Assembly: GCA_965215515.1 (NCBI GenBank)
Contig: OZ244057.1
Coordinates: 704,001 to 768,000 of the forward strand
DNA: 64,000 nucleotides
Direction: 5' to 3'
From: Oligoflexales bacterium
GTDB taxonomy: Bacteria > Bdellovibrionota_B > Oligoflexia > Oligoflexales > JAPPIL01
Part shown: positions 50,851-60,234 of the stretch, piece by piece
Position numbering within the stretch: position 1 is the first letter of the stretch
How the letters are laid out: each line of letters opens with the position of its first letter
The notes under the pieces: generated by a model
Told to the model about the DNA's origin: nothing
The model's database searches: none
What the model saw: only the letters and a program-made list of their open reading frames with translations
Made by a program: the position numbers and the translations under genes

Positions 50851-51735
50851 GTGAAAGGATGTGCGGGTTATTTGCTGTCGGTGTGTTTTTCAGGTCTACT
50901 GTCGCTTACTCTGCTAACTCACTGCGGCTATGAGGACAATAACGCACAGGATAAGGGAGATACCCAGGATAGGGATGAGGCAACAGACCATGCCACACCC
51001 TCGTCTCCTTCTTCAACGTCGCCGCCTACGCCAGAACGCACGGTGCGACCTGAGCATAGGTTTACTCCCGCACAAATCACCGCGGGTTTGCCTTTTAGCT
51101 TCGAGCTCGCGTGGCAGGGTAGGCCATATCTGCTGAGTCTGGATAACTGCGGCGCTGGTGTGCTGCTGTTGCAGGGGATGTGGCCTGAGGTGCGCGATGT
51201 TACTAACCATATCAGGGGGGAGGACGGTGCACAGTTGCATAGCTTGGTAATTACCAACGATAGGGGCGATCCCACCATCCCTGCAGGTTGTCGCCTCAAG
51301 GCTACCGTCGCACGCGGTACGGACGACGAACAGAGCGTTTATATAGTACCTGACCTCAAAGCAGGGGCACTTACCGTCAGCAACGCCAGTATCGGTACTA
51401 ATACGGTCGCGCTTACCGCAGAGGGTATGCCCCACACGGATACTTCGGGATTAGCGATAGCCAAAAAGACCACCTTCATCGCCGACGGGGAGGCTTACAG
51501 CAGGTATACTCTGGTCGCTATCTCCCATCCCTTCAATAACGCGGTGGTTGACGGAAGAGTAGAGAGCGGGGTTACCCTGTACGCTCCCCCGCCAGGCATC
51601 GCGTTGCCTACCGATGTGGTGACCGCGTTCGAGGTGGGTGATTACCTGATCAGTGTAGCCAACTTTCGCTTGAATTTACTGGCACTGTCCATCGATTTTG
51701 TGCACGTGAGCACCATCACCGCTACAAAGCGGTAG
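50851..51735 (+). CDS. Hypothetical lipoprotein
   Basis: Signal peptide with lipobox LTH-C, P/S/T-rich linker, beta-rich body. Confidence 0.65.
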   Translation: MKGCAGYLLSVCFSGLLSLTLLTHCGYEDNNAQDKGDTQDRDEATDHATPSSPSSTSPPTPERTVRPEHRFTPAQITAGLPFSFELAWQGRPYLLSLDNCGAGVLLLQGMWPEVRDVTNHIRGEDGAQLHSLVITNDRGDPTIPAGCRLKATVARGTDDEQSVYIVPDLKAGALTVSNASIGTNTVALTAEGMPHTDTSGLAIAKKTTFIADGEAYSRYTLVAISHPFNNAVVDGRVESGVTLYAPPPGIALPTDVVTAFEVGDYLISVANFRLNLLALSIDFVHVSTITATKR

Positions 51736-51749
51736 GCAGAGACAATCAC

Positions 51750-52754
51750 TCAGTCGATGAGGTAGCGGTAAGAGACGGTGATGGTTGCCTGGTCGGGGGG
51801 GACGTAGCCCCGATCGAACCTCAGCCGCCTATCTTCCATGTCGATCGTATATTGCGACATGCTCAATTCCTCGCCGTCGACGACGACCTGTACTGCCCCG
51901 CTCGGTGCTTGTGAGAGGGTGAAAACATCGTCCAGTGCTGTGTGCACGTTCTGTGAAATTTTCTGTAGCGTGCTGGCGTAGCTCTTGGCGCTAACACTGC
52001 CGTAGGCGGCAAAGATGCTGAGCACGGTCGGATCTCCGCTCACTCCGATTCTCCACTTGCCAGGGCTGGGGAGAAGGCCGTACACTTTGGCCTCACCCTT
52101 AGGTCTGATGCTGTCGAGATGGGCGCGGAGATCACCACTTCTCGTGCACGGTGATTTTTGGTAGCATATGGGGCGTTCGTCGCCGACGATCACTACTGCA
52201 ACCGTCGAGTCTTCTCTGAGCCAAGTAGTATCTGTGTTTCTGCACATACCTCCCTCGAGACCCTTAATCGCTTGGTGAAAATAGAGTTCTTGAGCACTGC
52301 CCTCTACGCCAAGTCTTATCGCGTCTCTGTAGGAGCGTTCGTAATCGATAGTGTCCCTGGTTAGCGGTGCGCTCACACAGTCCCTTTCATCCGTGCTGAT
52401 AACGGCAATCTGCCAGTCGCTGCCCCTGATATGCGCCAGCAGGTCAGGCAAATTGCTCGCCAACTGATCCTGCTCGTTTGCCATCGATGCGGAGTTGTCG
52501 ATGACCAGTAAAATGTCGAGCACTCCCTTCTGGCTTTGGTTGAACTCGTCCCGCTGCTCGGCGTAGCTGCCTATTCCTTCCGCCATGACGCTCTTCCCAG
52601 CATCCTCGCTGTTGAGCAGCCTTCTTCCCCCCTCTACATCTGCACCTCTCGCCTCAGCACTGCTCACCTGCGCGTGCCCTTCGTGTCCTCCCGTAAAACT
52701 GGTCTGCATACTGCCACATCCACAGATACACAGGGCAAAAATCATCCTACGCAT
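51750..52754 (-). CDS. vWA-domain lipoprotein
   Basis: Short lipoprotein signal (ICGCG), MIDAS DILLVIDNSASM, IAVISTD, VVIVGDE, C-terminal beta domain. Confidence 0.78.
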   Translation of the reverse strand: MRRMIFALCICGCGSMQTSFTGGHEGHAQVSSAEARGADVEGGRRLLNSEDAGKSVMAEGIGSYAEQRDEFNQSQKGVLDILLVIDNSASMANEQDQLASNLPDLLAHIRGSDWQIAVISTDERDCVSAPLTRDTIDYERSYRDAIRLGVEGSAQELYFHQAIKGLEGGMCRNTDTTWLREDSTVAVVIVGDERPICYQKSPCTRSGDLRAHLDSIRPKGEAKVYGLLPSPGKWRIGVSGDPTVLSIFAAYGSVSAKSYASTLQKISQNVHTALDDVFTLSQAPSGAVQVVVDGEELSMSQYTIDMEDRRLRFDRGYVPPDQATITVSYRYLID

Positions 52755-52858
52755 CGCTGCCACCCCTCCCACCGCCTATCGGCAGGAGTTACCGAACACC
52801 TGAGGCATACTATGCTTTTTTTGTAAAAACACCTTATTTCAGCATGATAGGGCGTAGC

Positions 52859-52900
52859 TTAGGCGATGCGATAGCGGTAAGGGGCGGTGATGGTTGCCTG
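52859..52900 (-). pseudogene. Relic 3' end of a paralog of the downstream vWA gene
   Basis: 36/42 nt identical to 51750-51791. Reads QATITAPYRYRIA* versus QATITVSYRYLID*. Confidence 0.7.
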
Positions 52901-52936
52901 AGTGAGGTAAGCCGCGCGCACGTCTGTCAGCCAAGA

Positions 52937-53875
52937 CTAGGCGGTATGGACAGAGGTATCATCGTCAGCCGCGAGGGTTTCGACCTGTTCGTCGTAGGTA
53001 CGCGGCTGATTATCAGCGCGTCGGGATAAAATCATCTGCATCTTCGTCTCCCACAGATGGGAGAAAAGGGCAACGACGAGCACCAGGGTAGTGACGAAAA
53101 AATCGGTGGTAATGACCGCCGTAATCCCGAGGACACACAGTGATAGGAGGGTTAGCTGCTGTAAGCGCGCCAGCAGACGCGGCTGCCACGACATGATGGT
53201 GAGTGCGGTGTTGACATGGCCACGCCAGTTGTATTTGGACACACCTCCTCGCCGCGGCCTGCGATCCGCCATCAGGGTAGCGCGGCTGAAGTGCGAAGCG
53301 TTGAGCATCGCACCGAGATAATCGATGTAGTGCACCGCGGCGACGTAAGCGAGTACCTGCGGGCGCATGATGCAGAACTGGTTGGCACGAGCGCTGTTGC
53401 CTGTGCCCAGCCACATCAGAGCCTGAAAGGCCGCGTAGCAGAGACGAAATGCCCAGGGTTCACTGCGTTTGCCGCGCAAGGCGAAGACGATCTCATGCTG
53501 GTCGGCTAGCACCACCATAGCGGCGAGGAAACGGGGATCGTCCTGGCCATCCGCATCCATCACCAGCGTCAAGCGCGGCGACCACTGGCAGGCCAGCTGG
53601 CAACCTTTGAGCACTGCCAAGCCATGACCGTGCCGCCGCGGCAGTCTGACTAGAGTCAGACTCACTCCTGGTGCGTGTTGAGCACGAAACCAGTCTTTGA
53701 GCAGTACGACACCGTTGTCCTGCGAATAATCATCGACGATCAACAGTGCGATGCGCGACAACGAAGCTATCTGAGTGAGTGCCGCGCACAACTCCTGCAC
53801 GACTGCGACGAGGCTCGCCTCCTCGTTGCAGACTGGCAGCACGGCACAGAGATCGATTTTGTCAGGCGGCGGCAT
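52937..53875 (-). CDS. Glycosyltransferase family 2 (GtrB/DPM-synthase-like) with C-terminal TM helices
   Basis: VLPVCNEE, IVDDYSQD, GHGLAV, VMDADGQDDP, RRGGVSKY, two C-terminal TM segments. Confidence 0.87.
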   Translation of the reverse strand: MPPPDKIDLCAVLPVCNEEASLVAVVQELCAALTQIASLSRIALLIVDDYSQDNGVVLLKDWFRAQHAPGVSLTLVRLPRRHGHGLAVLKGCQLACQWSPRLTLVMDADGQDDPRFLAAMVVLADQHEIVFALRGKRSEPWAFRLCYAAFQALMWLGTGNSARANQFCIMRPQVLAYVAAVHYIDYLGAMLNASHFSRATLMADRRPRRGGVSKYNWRGHVNTALTIMSWQPRLLARLQQLTLLSLCVLGITAVITTDFFVTTLVLVVALFSHLWETKMQMILSRRADNQPRTYDEQVETLAADDDTSVHTA

Positions 53876-53930
53876 GATGGTGTACTGTTCTCGACTTGTC
53901 CCTTCATTGTAACATCGATCGATAACACCC

Positions 53931-56072
53931 TCAAACGAGGCGTTGTTGCAAACGTGTTTGCCGAAAGACTTCGTGGTCACGGCGGGCACTGCTTTTAAAC
54001 ACCTCGGCGCTGCCGATAACGATCATTTTCTTTTTCGCCCGCGTAATGGCGGTATAGACGAGGTTGCGGTTGAGCAGGCGTGTGTGTGACCTGATAACAG
54101 GCATGATGGCGGTCTCGAATTCACTGCCTTGCGCTTTGTGGACGCTGATGGCGTAGGCGAGTTTAAGTTCGCCGTAGTGTTTGCTAGCGTAGACGACCAG
54201 TTTGCCTTGGAAATCGATGCTCATACTGTCTTTGCCGACCCCACCCACATACCCGATGTCACCGTTGTAGACGTTGAGAGTGTAGTTGTTGACAGTCTGG
54301 ATAACTTTATCTCGCACCTGCAGTTTATCGCTTTCCTCCTCGCCGTGACGTAACCAACGGCGGATCTCACGGTTGAGATGGTCGATACCCAGCTCGCCAT
54401 GATAGGTAGGGGCGAGTACCTGCGCGTGCGGGAATTTTTGCAGCCAGTGTTTGATCTGTGCCAAAATGCCCGCGTTGTCCTGTTCCTCACAAAACACAAA
54501 CTCCCGCCCGCCGATATAACCCTGTACCTTCCCCCGTATAATGAGGTGGGCATTGTGCACTATCTGCGATGTCTGGCTCTGACGAAAGATGCGTTGCAAA
54601 CGCACCGCAGGCAGTGCGGGGGACTGGAGTAGATCGTGCAAAAAATTCCCCGCCCCCACAGCGGGTAACTGGTTGACATCGCCGACCAACAACATGTGGG
54701 TGTGGCCATCACAGGCGGCGAGAATAGCCGCGGCGAGGGCGATGTCGAGCATAGAGGCTTCATCGACGATCAGCAGGTCAGCCGCAAGGCGGTGCTGAGC
54801 GTTGCGGTTAAAGTTTTCGTGCTGCGGTTGCCATTCGAGGAGACGATGGATAGTCTTCGCCTCTGCCCCTGTCAGTGCCGCGAGCCGACACGCAGCACGC
54901 CCTGTGGGAGCACACAGAGCACACTGCAGGTTAAGTGCTTGCGCCAACTCGACAACCAGCTGCACCGTGCTGGTCTTGCCCGTGCCCGATGCTCCTGTCA
55001 ACACCACCAGGCGATGGCGAAAAAGCTTCTGTACCGCTTGTACCTGCTCGTCGGACAACCGTGCACGCTTCGCCGCCAGCAGCTGCGGCAACTCACGTCC
55101 CATCGCGTGTGCTTGCGTAGGCGTGGCTAACATCGTCTTGATATACTGCGCCGTGCTGACCTCTGACATATAGGTGGCAGCACGGTAGTGGGCAACCTGT
55201 CCGTCGTGATTAATCTTTTCGCAGACAAGAAAATTCTCCTCTTGGGCTTGGCGGCGGGCTGCGAGGAAAGCAGGGTGGAGCTCGGCTCGCGCTATTTTGA
55301 GATTTTTCTCCAGCTGTTGCAGCAACTGTCCTTCCGTCAAAAAACAATGCCCGCGCTCTTCGCCTTTTTGCAAAAAATAGTGTAGCGCCCCCCGTAAACG
55401 CTGGGTTGCCAGAGGTGCGATGCCGAGGGAGGCACCGATCTTGTCCGCGGTTAAAAAACCCAAACCGTGCACGGTGAAGGGCAACCGATAGGGATCATGC
55501 TGTACGACCTGCGGAGCTTGCTCACCGAATTGGCGGTAAATTTTCTGTGCCAGATGTAGAGGGATACCATAATCACCGAGCGTAGCGAGTATCTCCGCAT
55601 GCTCGTGATGCTCTTGCCACTGGGCGAGTAAGTTGTAGAGCACCTTGCGACTGATACCCTTAATCTTTAACAAACGTTGCGGTTCATCTCGCAAAATTTT
55701 TAGGGTCTGTTGACCGAGGACGGCGGTTATCTTGCGGGCGGTGCTTTTGCCGATGCCACGAAAATTGCCGCAGCTGAGATACCGCTCGATACCCTCGACT
55801 GTGCGCGGCAAGGAGGGGCGCAACGTTGCGACTTGCAGCTGTCGCCCGTAACGGGCGTGTTCCTGCCAGTTCCCGCTGACCACAAAACTCTCATGGGGAG
55901 TAAGCGACGGCATCACGCCACAGATGATGATCTCGCCATCTTCGTGCGTGGCCGCGGCCACCGTCCAACCGTTGTCGGGATTGCGGAAAATTACCTTCCT
56001 GACCTCGACGGTTATTTTTTCCCTGTCATCGCGGGGAGCAGCTGTGGTAGGAGCGTGGTCGTGATCATTCAT
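53931..56072 (-). CDS. recD2: ATP-dependent RecD2-like DNA helicase
   Basis: IFRNPDNGWTV, HhH motifs, GFLTADKI, LTGASGTGKT, APTGRAA, TIHRLL, VDEASM, GDVNQLPAVG, YAISVHKAQGSEF, YTAITRAK. Confidence 0.94.
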   Translation of the reverse strand: MNDHDHAPTTAAPRDDREKITVEVRKVIFRNPDNGWTVAAATHEDGEIIICGVMPSLTPHESFVVSGNWQEHARYGRQLQVATLRPSLPRTVEGIERYLSCGNFRGIGKSTARKITAVLGQQTLKILRDEPQRLLKIKGISRKVLYNLLAQWQEHHEHAEILATLGDYGIPLHLAQKIYRQFGEQAPQVVQHDPYRLPFTVHGLGFLTADKIGASLGIAPLATQRLRGALHYFLQKGEERGHCFLTEGQLLQQLEKNLKIARAELHPAFLAARRQAQEENFLVCEKINHDGQVAHYRAATYMSEVSTAQYIKTMLATPTQAHAMGRELPQLLAAKRARLSDEQVQAVQKLFRHRLVVLTGASGTGKTSTVQLVVELAQALNLQCALCAPTGRAACRLAALTGAEAKTIHRLLEWQPQHENFNRNAQHRLAADLLIVDEASMLDIALAAAILAACDGHTHMLLVGDVNQLPAVGAGNFLHDLLQSPALPAVRLQRIFRQSQTSQIVHNAHLIIRGKVQGYIGGREFVFCEEQDNAGILAQIKHWLQKFPHAQVLAPTYHGELGIDHLNREIRRWLRHGEEESDKLQVRDKVIQTVNNYTLNVYNGDIGYVGGVGKDSMSIDFQGKLVVYASKHYGELKLAYAISVHKAQGSEFETAIMPVIRSHTRLLNRNLVYTAITRAKKKMIVIGSAEVFKSSARRDHEVFRQTRLQQRLV

Positions 56073-56074
56073 TG

Positions 56075-56083
56075 TGCTACAAT
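56075..56083 (+). promoter_or_regulatory. Putative extended -10 promoter (TGnTACAAT) upstream of hpf
   Basis: TGCTACAAT about 160 bp before the hpf start. Confidence 0.4.
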
Positions 56084-56242
56084 GATTAGTGGTGGCAGTT
56101 CAAACCCTCAGCCACGCGTTCTCCGCTCAGCTCCAGCTGTCTGGCATGCGTGCACCCCTGTAGTCGCGAGCAGAGGGCGTATCGACGAGGTGCGTGAACC
56201 GCAGTATCTATGAGCAACGATCTTACGAGCAGGAGGTAGTCA

Positions 56243-56593
56243 GTGCAAGTACGATTTTCCTTCAAGCAAATTCCATCGTCGGAACGACTTAAAACTTACA
56301 CCGAGCAAAAAGTGCGGAAGATGATTGAAAAATTCGTCACCAAACCTATCGAGGCACACATTACCTTCTCCACCGATCGTCACTTGCAGAACACCCACTG
56401 TGCGGTGAGCGGGGGAGACGGGTTCAATATCCAAGCGGAAGCTTCCTGCGAAGATGTTTATGGCTCGGTCGATAATCTGATGGACAAACTACAGGTGCAG
56501 CTCAAACGTCAGAAAGAAAAGATCAAAGACCATAGGACGAGCAAAAGCCTCAAGGAGGTATTGCCTGACTTAAAAACGGGCAGTACCGACTGA
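56243..56593 (+). CDS. hpf: Ribosome hibernation promoting factor (short HPF/RaiA)
   Basis: AGGAGG RBS. MQVRFSFK..SSERLKTY, DVYGSVD..MDKLQVQLKRQKEK. Confidence 0.9.
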   Translation: MQVRFSFKQIPSSERLKTYTEQKVRKMIEKFVTKPIEAHITFSTDRHLQNTHCAVSGGDGFNIQAEASCEDVYGSVDNLMDKLQVQLKRQKEKIKDHRTSKSLKEVLPDLKTGSTD

Positions 56594-56763
56594 GGGCTGT
56601 CAGCTTTCCCGACAGCATCCCAAGCCGCGTGCGTGTCTTATCGTCGTGAACTCGGGTTCTGGGGCAGTACCCCGTCTCTCTCTGATGTTATCAACTTCTG
56701 CCTTGCACAACACGGCTGTCTGGCGTATGCACCTGCCTGTTGCCCATGTGTCGCAGGTAAGGC

Positions 56764-58533
56764 GTGCAGTCCACGGATATTGACAATCCCGACTACTATC
56801 ATCGTGTTGTCGATTGTCAGTGGGCTTGCCCTGCCCACACCGATGTGCCCGCGTACATACGTCTCATCGCGCTCGGTCGTTATGCCGACTCGTATCTACT
56901 CAACCGTGCCTCCAATGTTTTTCCTGCTATTCTCGGTCGTACCTGCGATCGCCCGTGCGAGCCAGCGTGTCGCCGTACTCGTATCGATGGCAAACCTGTC
57001 GCCATCTGCCGTTTGAAACGGGTTGCCGCGGATCTTAAGGGCGACATCAAAGCGCGGTTACCGCAAATTCCCAGGCGCAAGAACGGCAAGAAAATCGCGC
57101 TCATCGGCGCGGGGGCGGCCTCGTTGACGGTCGCTAACGATCTGATGCCGCTGGGTTATCAGTGCCACCTCTTTGAAAAATTCTCCACCGCAGGTGGCTT
57201 GATGCGCACTAACATTCCCGCTTTCCGTCTGCCCGCAGAAGTTCTGCAGGAGGAGCTGGATATGATCATCGACATGGGTGTGACTGTGCACTACAACTGC
57301 GAGATAAAAAGTCTGCAACATTTTCTCGCCAGGCAGGGCTTCGATGCGGTGTTTATCGGTAGCGGTGCACCTAAGGGCAAAGACTTGCAGATCGCGGGTC
57401 GCCAAGCGGCGAGTGCCAACATTCACATCGGAATTGAATGGCTCGAATCCGTAGCCTTCGGGCACACGCGCAGTATCGGGCAGAATGTTGTCATCATCGG
57501 GGCGGGGAATACTGCGATGGACTGCTGCCGCACGGCCAAACGTATCGGAGGCAGCAACGTCTCCGTCGTGGCCCGCAAACCACGCCATCTGCTCAAAGCC
57601 TCGCAATGGGAACTTGACGATGCCGAGGAGGAGCAGGTCGCACTGTTGTTGAACCATGTTCCGCAGGCTTTTCTGCTCGATAACGGCAAACTGTGCGGCA
57701 CTGCGTGGGAAAAAGTCGCGTGGCGCGAAGATGCACGCGGCAAACTTACGGCGCGCAAAGTCGGCACCGCGGAAATTCCCTGCGACGATGTCATTCTTGC
57801 CATCGGGCAGGAGAACGCGTTTCCGTGGATTGAACGTGATATCGGTATCGACTTCGACAAGTGGGATGTGCCTGTTGTCGATCGCCAAACTTTGCAAAGC
57901 ACTCGTGAGGGTATTTTTTTCGGTGGCGACGCGGCCTTCGGGCCTGAGAACATCATCACTGCCGTTGCCCACGGACATGCCGCGGCAATTTCCATCCATC
58001 AGTACTGCCACGGTAAGTCGATCGCACAACGCCCGCCGCACGGCGCAAACCTCTACGCCATGAAAATGGGCATGCACCAGTGGAGCTACAGCAACGACTA
58101 CAGCCCGCAGCCGCGCCAACAGATGGTGCATGTAGAGCTTCAGCAGCGTTTGCAGCAACTCACCACCGAAGTTGAACTCGGTTTCAGCGCCGCACAAACC
58201 CGTGAGGAACTGGAACGCTGTCTCAACTGCGATATCCAAACCCACTTCACTGCATCGCAGTGTATCGAATGCGATGCCTGTATCGATATTTGCCCGCTGC
58301 ACTGTTTGACCATCACCGACAATGCTGACGAAGAGACACTGCGTACTAGACTTACCGCCCCTGCTACTAATCGCGACCAAAGCCTGTATGTCTCGGCGGA
58401 ATTACCGCAGACTAAACGGGTAATGGTGAAAGACGAAAACCTCTGCATCCACTGCGGCCTGTGCTCCGAACGCTGCCCGACCGCGGCGTGGGACATGCAG
58501 AAATTTGCACTGATCATCCCCTATGCGAGCTAG
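56764..58533 (+). CDS. GltD/SfrB-like FAD/NAD(P)H oxidoreductase with C-terminal 2x[4Fe-4S] ferredoxin
   Basis: CQWACPAH, LGRTCDRPCEPAC, IGAGAAS, IGAGNTAMDC, FFGGDAAFGP, CIECDACIDICP, CIHCGLCSERCP. Confidence 0.88.
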   Translation: MQSTDIDNPDYYHRVVDCQWACPAHTDVPAYIRLIALGRYADSYLLNRASNVFPAILGRTCDRPCEPACRRTRIDGKPVAICRLKRVAADLKGDIKARLPQIPRRKNGKKIALIGAGAASLTVANDLMPLGYQCHLFEKFSTAGGLMRTNIPAFRLPAEVLQEELDMIIDMGVTVHYNCEIKSLQHFLARQGFDAVFIGSGAPKGKDLQIAGRQAASANIHIGIEWLESVAFGHTRSIGQNVVIIGAGNTAMDCCRTAKRIGGSNVSVVARKPRHLLKASQWELDDAEEEQVALLLNHVPQAFLLDNGKLCGTAWEKVAWREDARGKLTARKVGTAEIPCDDVILAIGQENAFPWIERDIGIDFDKWDVPVVDRQTLQSTREGIFFGGDAAFGPENIITAVAHGHAAAISIHQYCHGKSIAQRPPHGANLYAMKMGMHQWSYSNDYSPQPRQQMVHVELQQRLQQLTTEVELGFSAAQTREELERCLNCDIQTHFTASQCIECDACIDICPLHCLTITDNADEETLRTRLTAPATNRDQSLYVSAELPQTKRVMVKDENLCIHCGLCSERCPTAAWDMQKFALIIPYAS

Positions 58534-58631
58534 TACAAGATTTTATGTAGCGGTCGAGTAGGGATAAGTCGCCTGAGCACAGACAGTGTGTCATTCTTGC
58601 CGTCATTTGCACGGCAAATGACAAAAGTATA

Positions 58632-58660
58632 TTGACGCGGTCGCTTGCTTTGGCTAGATT
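58632..58660 (+). promoter_or_regulatory. Putative sigma70 promoter of the lipoprotein-DUF350-speE operon
   Basis: TTGACG (58632-58637), 17 bp spacer, TAGATT (58655-58660). Confidence 0.55.
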
Positions 58661-58684
58661 GGTATTGTCCCACTGTGAGATACT

Positions 58685-59389
58685 GTGCCTGCCTCGGCTA
58701 ACATAGCTGTTCTGCTCGCGCTGCTGGTGTCTGCCTGCCAGCCACGTAACCCTGTCGTGCGGTTGCAGAAAGAACTCGACCGTTTTCCCGAATACGCCAT
58801 CATCCTCAACGATATGCGCAGTGAGGGCAATTTCTTTACCGACTACTACCACCAATACAAAATAGTCACCAACCGAGCCGAAGATACCGCGGCACACGAG
58901 CAAGTTTTGGGCGATTGGCAACGTGTCAGTACTAGTTTTTACCGCCGCCACTTTAACGATCTCGGTATGGTACTCGCCGCCAAGACTGTCGGCGGCGCTA
59001 AGTCAAACATCCCCCAGCCGCCTGGCTACCAATACATCGGCAACCAACGCTACGGACGTTGGGTGGAGCGCGACGGGATGAGCTTTTGGGAGTTTTACGG
59101 CAAGTATGCCCTCATCAGCAGTGTCTTCGGGATGCTGCACCGCCCCTACTATCGCCGCGACTACGATGTTTTTCGTGACCACCAGCGCCGCGGGCGATCA
59201 TATTACGGCACCCGTAACGAATTCGGCTCACGCGGCACGGAGACCCGCAAACGCCATGCTAATTTTTTTCAACGCCGCCAACGCCGTGAAAACTTGCGAC
59301 GACAAGCCTTCAGTCGGCGGGTTAGCGGTCGTGCCACGCGCAGCCATAGCAGTGGCTTTCGGCGCGGTGGGTGGGGATTTGGCAAATGA
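58685..59389 (+). CDS. Lipoprotein with Arg/Gly/Ser-rich C-terminal tail
   Basis: Lipobox VSA-C, PPGYQYIGNQRYGRW..SFWEFYGKYA, basic tail ending RRGGWGFGK. Overlaps the next gene (ATGA). Confidence 0.78.
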   Translation: MPASANIAVLLALLVSACQPRNPVVRLQKELDRFPEYAIILNDMRSEGNFFTDYYHQYKIVTNRAEDTAAHEQVLGDWQRVSTSFYRRHFNDLGMVLAAKTVGGAKSNIPQPPGYQYIGNQRYGRWVERDGMSFWEFYGKYALISSVFGMLHRPYYRRDYDVFRDHQRRGRSYYGTRNEFGSRGTETRKRHANFFQRRQRRENLRRQAFSRRVSGRATRSHSSGFRRGGWGFGK

Positions 59390-60231
59390 GTTTTGACGAT
59401 ATCTTGACCGCCCTGGTGTTGATCGTCGTCGTCATGGCTATCATCCTTGTCGCTAAGAAAGCTTGGGATGTCTGCCATCGTCGCATTAAGTTACGCCACG
59501 AGCTGGTCACCAACGATAATCCCGCTGTCGCACTCGCGCTGTGTGGCTACCTGTTCGGCACTGTCTTCGCGATCGCGGGAATCATGAGCGGCGAAGACCT
59601 CCCTCTTGTCGATGAAATTATCGACCTCGTTCTTTATGGTCTATTGGCCATCGTTCTGCTCAACATCTCGTCCTTCATTAGCGATCGCCTCGTCTTTCAC
59701 CGTTTCGACAGCAACAAAGAACTGGTCGATGACCGCAACATCGGTCTCGGCGCGGTCGAAGGCGCGTTTGCAGCCGCCTCAGGCCTCGTGCTCTACGGTG
59801 CGTTGCTCGGCGAAGGTGGTGGCATTATCACAGCCTTGGTTTTCTGGTCACTTGGACAATGCGCCTTTCTCCTGTTCGCCTATCTCTACAATCTGATCAC
59901 CCCGTTCGATTTTGTTGCCGAAATTGAGAAAAATAACCACGCGGTCGCCTTCGCCTTTGCGGGTTTACTGCTGGCTGCGGCTAACCTAATCCGCGCCGCA
60001 ATCGCTTTTGATTTTGTATCGTGGACGGAAAACTTACAGGACTTCGCCCTGATTTTTGCCCTCGGTATCCTGCTCTTCCCTCTGATGCGTTTCGTCACCG
60101 ACAAGTGCCTCCTGCCTTCCGCCAGTCTTACCCACGAGCTGGTCGCACAGGATAAACCCAACCTGGGAGTCGGTCTGCTCGAAGCTTCAACCTACATCAT
60201 CGCCTCGCTGATTATCAGCTGGGTCGTGTAA
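59386..60231 (+). CDS. DUF350 membrane protein (duplicated domain)
   Basis: Repeated EL..DNPAVA / ELVDDRNIGLG / EIEKNNHAVA / ELVAQDKPNLGVG motifs between TM helices. Confidence 0.85.
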   Translation: MSFDDILTALVLIVVVMAIILVAKKAWDVCHRRIKLRHELVTNDNPAVALALCGYLFGTVFAIAGIMSGEDLPLVDEIIDLVLYGLLAIVLLNISSFISDRLVFHRFDSNKELVDDRNIGLGAVEGAFAAASGLVLYGALLGEGGGIITALVFWSLGQCAFLLFAYLYNLITPFDFVAEIEKNNHAVAFAFAGLLLAAANLIRAAIAFDFVSWTENLQDFALIFALGILLFPLMRFVTDKCLLPSASLTHELVAQDKPNLGVGLLEASTYIIASLIISWVV

Positions 60232-60234
60232 CGC

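Noticed and set aside
51750..52900. Diversity-generating retroelement TR/VR pair
   Set aside because: Mismatches are not adenine-specific on either strand, the repeat is only 42 bp, and there is no reverse transcriptase in the window.
57058..58380. Long antisense ORFs (440 aa here; also 22374-23141, 29643-30479, 30965-31618, 34849-35487)
   Set aside because: Shadows of well-supported genes on the opposite strand, with no motifs of their own.
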